This document shows positions 62,107 to 64,000 of a DNA stretch of 64,000 nt, piece by piece. The translations under genes and the position numbers were made by a program. How positions within the stretch are numbered: position 1 is the first letter of the stretch; each line of letters starts with the position of its first letter. Source of the stretch: an uncultured Desulfosarcina sp. (lineage in GTDB: Bacteria; Desulfobacterota; Desulfobacteria; Desulfobacterales; Desulfosarcinaceae). Under the pieces are notes generated by a model. The model ran no database searches, was not told the DNA's origin, and saw only the letters and a program-made list of their open reading frames with translations. Location of the stretch: positions 640,001-704,000 of the forward strand of contig CAXXWQ010000003.1 in NCBI GenBank assembly GCA_963674945.2. Reading direction: 5' to 3'.

Positions 62107-63041
62107 TGATTTCCTCAAAGGATGCCATTCTGGTTGCAGGGGCAGAGGGATTTATCGGAAAGCACATCGTTAAAGAAATTCATAAAACTGGGAGGAAAGT
62201 CATTTCTGTCGGCCGACATCCGGCGAAAAATGACTTGCCTGGCATTCAACACATCGTAGTTGAATCTGGAAATCCGGAACATTTTTCCGATCTTCTAAAG
62301 GAATGCCATGCGGTCATCTGGCTGGCGAGTGTCAGCACGCCTGGCTCTTCGGCCGGTAAACCACTGGACGAACTTTATGGCAACTTGCAGCCGCTATTGA
62401 CGTTGCTCCATAACATGCAACACAGGAAAGGCTGCAAGCTAATCTATATTTCTTCAGGAGGCACCTTGTACGGTGATGTTGAAAATGACAATGCCACAGA
62501 AGATATGCCAGTGCAGCCCAAGTCATACTACGGTGCAGGAAAGGCGGCCGCCGAACATTTCATTACCGCCTGGAGTCACCAGTTCCGCAGGACAGCTATT
62601 ATCATTCGTCCCTCCAATATATACGGGCCTGGTCAAACCCAACGATATGGATTCGGCATCATCCCCACCGTATTTCAAAAACTTGTTCAAAATCAGCCTG
62701 TCGTCGTCTGGGGAGACGGTGAAGCGACTCGCGATTACCTTTACATCGACGATTTTTCGTCCCTTTGTATGAAGGTACTGGAAAATGAGGTTTTTAGCGG
62801 TACTTGTGTCCTGAATGCGGCAAGTGGCGAGGGTACAAGCCTCAACCACCTTTTAGACCTGATCGAAAAAGTAACCGCAAAACCACTTCACCGTACCTAC
62901 GAACGTGGTCGTACCGTTGATGTAAGACGCGTTGTTCTAAATATTTCATCAGCAATGAAAAGCTGTGATTGGTGCCCCGAAGTCTCCTTGGTAGAGGGGC
63001 TTAACCGGACATGGTCGTGGTTCGAGACATTATACCGATGA
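62106..63041 (+). CDS. NAD-dependent epimerase/dehydratase
   Basis: GAEGFIG, ISSGGTLYG, YGAGK, RPSNIYGPGQ, RDYLYIDD. Confidence 0.92.
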   Translation: MISSKDAILVAGAEGFIGKHIVKEIHKTGRKVISVGRHPAKNDLPGIQHIVVESGNPEHFSDLLKECHAVIWLASVSTPGSSAGKPLDELYGNLQPLLTLLHNMQHRKGCKLIYISSGGTLYGDVENDNATEDMPVQPKSYYGAGKAAAEHFITAWSHQFRRTAIIIRPSNIYGPGQTQRYGFGIIPTVFQKLVQNQPVVVWGDGEATRDYLYIDDFSSLCMKVLENEVFSGTCVLNAASGEGTSLNHLLDLIEKVTAKPLHRTYERGRTVDVRRVVLNISSAMKSCDWCPEVSLVEGLNRTWSWFETLYR

Positions 63042-64000
63042 AAACCAAATCCCAAGATACGCAAGCCAACCCGATTTGTAGTATTTGCATTGCTAATTAT
63101 AATGGTGCAACTGTTCTCGCCGATTGCCTTGATTCGGTAATGTCACAAAAAGATGCACCCTCATTTGAAATAATTGTGCATGACGATGCGTCGACAGATG
63201 ATTCCGTTAAACTCTTGCGAACTCACTATCCACAAGTGATAATCGTTGAAAGCAAAAACAACGTAGGTTTTTTTATCAGCAACAATCGCATGGTGGAACG
63301 GGCCCGTGGAGACTTTATCCTATTACTAAACAATGATGCCGCATTGCATGAAGATGCAATTGCATCATTGTATGACCACGCAATGATACAAAGGCCGCAA
63401 GGAATTCTGACGCCTCCCCAATATGATTGGCGAACCGGCAAACTCGTAGACCGCGGTTGCTTTTTGGATCCTTTTTATAACCCGATTCCGAATCTTTCGG
63501 CAGATCGCAACGATGTTGCAATGGTCATCGGCGCCTGTTTATGGCTGCCGCGGGAATTGTGGCATAAAATTGGCGGATTTCCGGAATGGATGGTATCCAT
63601 CGCCGAGGACATGTACCTTTGCTGTGTGGCCCGCCTTTTTGGATACCCCGTGCAAGTCACCCGATCCAGTGGGTATCGACACTGGCAGGGAATGAATTTC
63701 AGTGGCAGACAAACTGAATGCAGTCTACTGGTTAGCACCTACAAGCGTAGGATTCTCAGTGAGCGGAACAAAACAATAACGATGTTAATAGCGAGCCCGG
63801 CAAGTTTATTATCTGTTGTTTTTCCTTCTCATATAATTCTTCTTGGTATCGAAGGTGCAGTTACTTCACTGTTTACAAAAAACAGAAAACTATTTACCGA
63901 GGTTTATCTACAACTGCCTTTTCTAATATTGAATGTTCGGAGAAAAATTCTCTTTTTTAGGAGGCGAATTCAAAAAAACAGAGTAGTTGGATGCAGCTTT
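63038..64000 (+). CDS. Glycosyltransferase family 2, paralog of 60422 (runs off window)
   Basis: Manual translation MKTKSQDTQANPICSICIANYNG...HDDASTD...LLLNND; ATGA overlap with the epimerase. Confidence 0.88.
   Translation, partial: MKTKSQDTQANPICSICIANYNGATVLADCLDSVMSQKDAPSFEIIVHDDASTDDSVKLLRTHYPQVIIVESKNNVGFFISNNRMVERARGDFILLLNNDAALHEDAIASLYDHAMIQRPQGILTPPQYDWRTGKLVDRGCFLDPFYNPIPNLSADRNDVAMVIGACLWLPRELWHKIGGFPEWMVSIAEDMYLCCVARLFGYPVQVTRSSGYRHWQGMNFSGRQTECSLLVSTYKRRILSERNKTITMLIASPASLLSVVFPSHIILLGIEGAVTSLFTKNRKLFTEVYLQLPFLILNVRRKILFFRRRIQKNRVVGCSF

Overview
Bacterial window, probably from an anaerobic Desulfobacterota (Desulfosarcina-like). This is an inference from gene content and repeat types. 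The window has five blocks. (1) About 2.4-24 kb is a GC-rich type II FAS/PKS lipid cluster of the aryl-polyene/'ladderane-like' class. It encodes two ACPs, two ketosynthases, a ketoreductase, three dehydratase domains, a thioesterase, a PPTase, PlsY, GT25, an MMPL-methyltransferase fusion, LolA and five radical SAM enzymes, two of them B12-binding. (2) 24-29 kb holds rubrerythrin, an intact IS4-family element, thiM and rsgA. (3) 29.3-42.7 kb is a type I-C CRISPR-Cas locus (25 repeats, 24 spacers) whose cas3 is split by an IS1380-family element, with toxin-antitoxin relics at its trailer end and inside the operon. Between an upstream NYN-domain nuclease gene and cas3 lies a degenerate two-repeat mini-array. 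Its short spacer matches a TTC-PAM-flanked site in the putative promoter of the NYN-cas operon, suggesting a CRISPR-derived regulatory RNA that controls a candidate toxin and cas3. This is the top finding. (4) 43-55.5 kb has two double-AsnC regulators, mltF, and an operon for a glycyl radical enzyme with an atypical GCSD active-site loop, its activase and an SDR. (5) 55.7-64 kb is a polysaccharide biosynthesis region with a 389-bp promoter/5'-gene duplication. All calls come from reading motifs by eye; no database searches were run.
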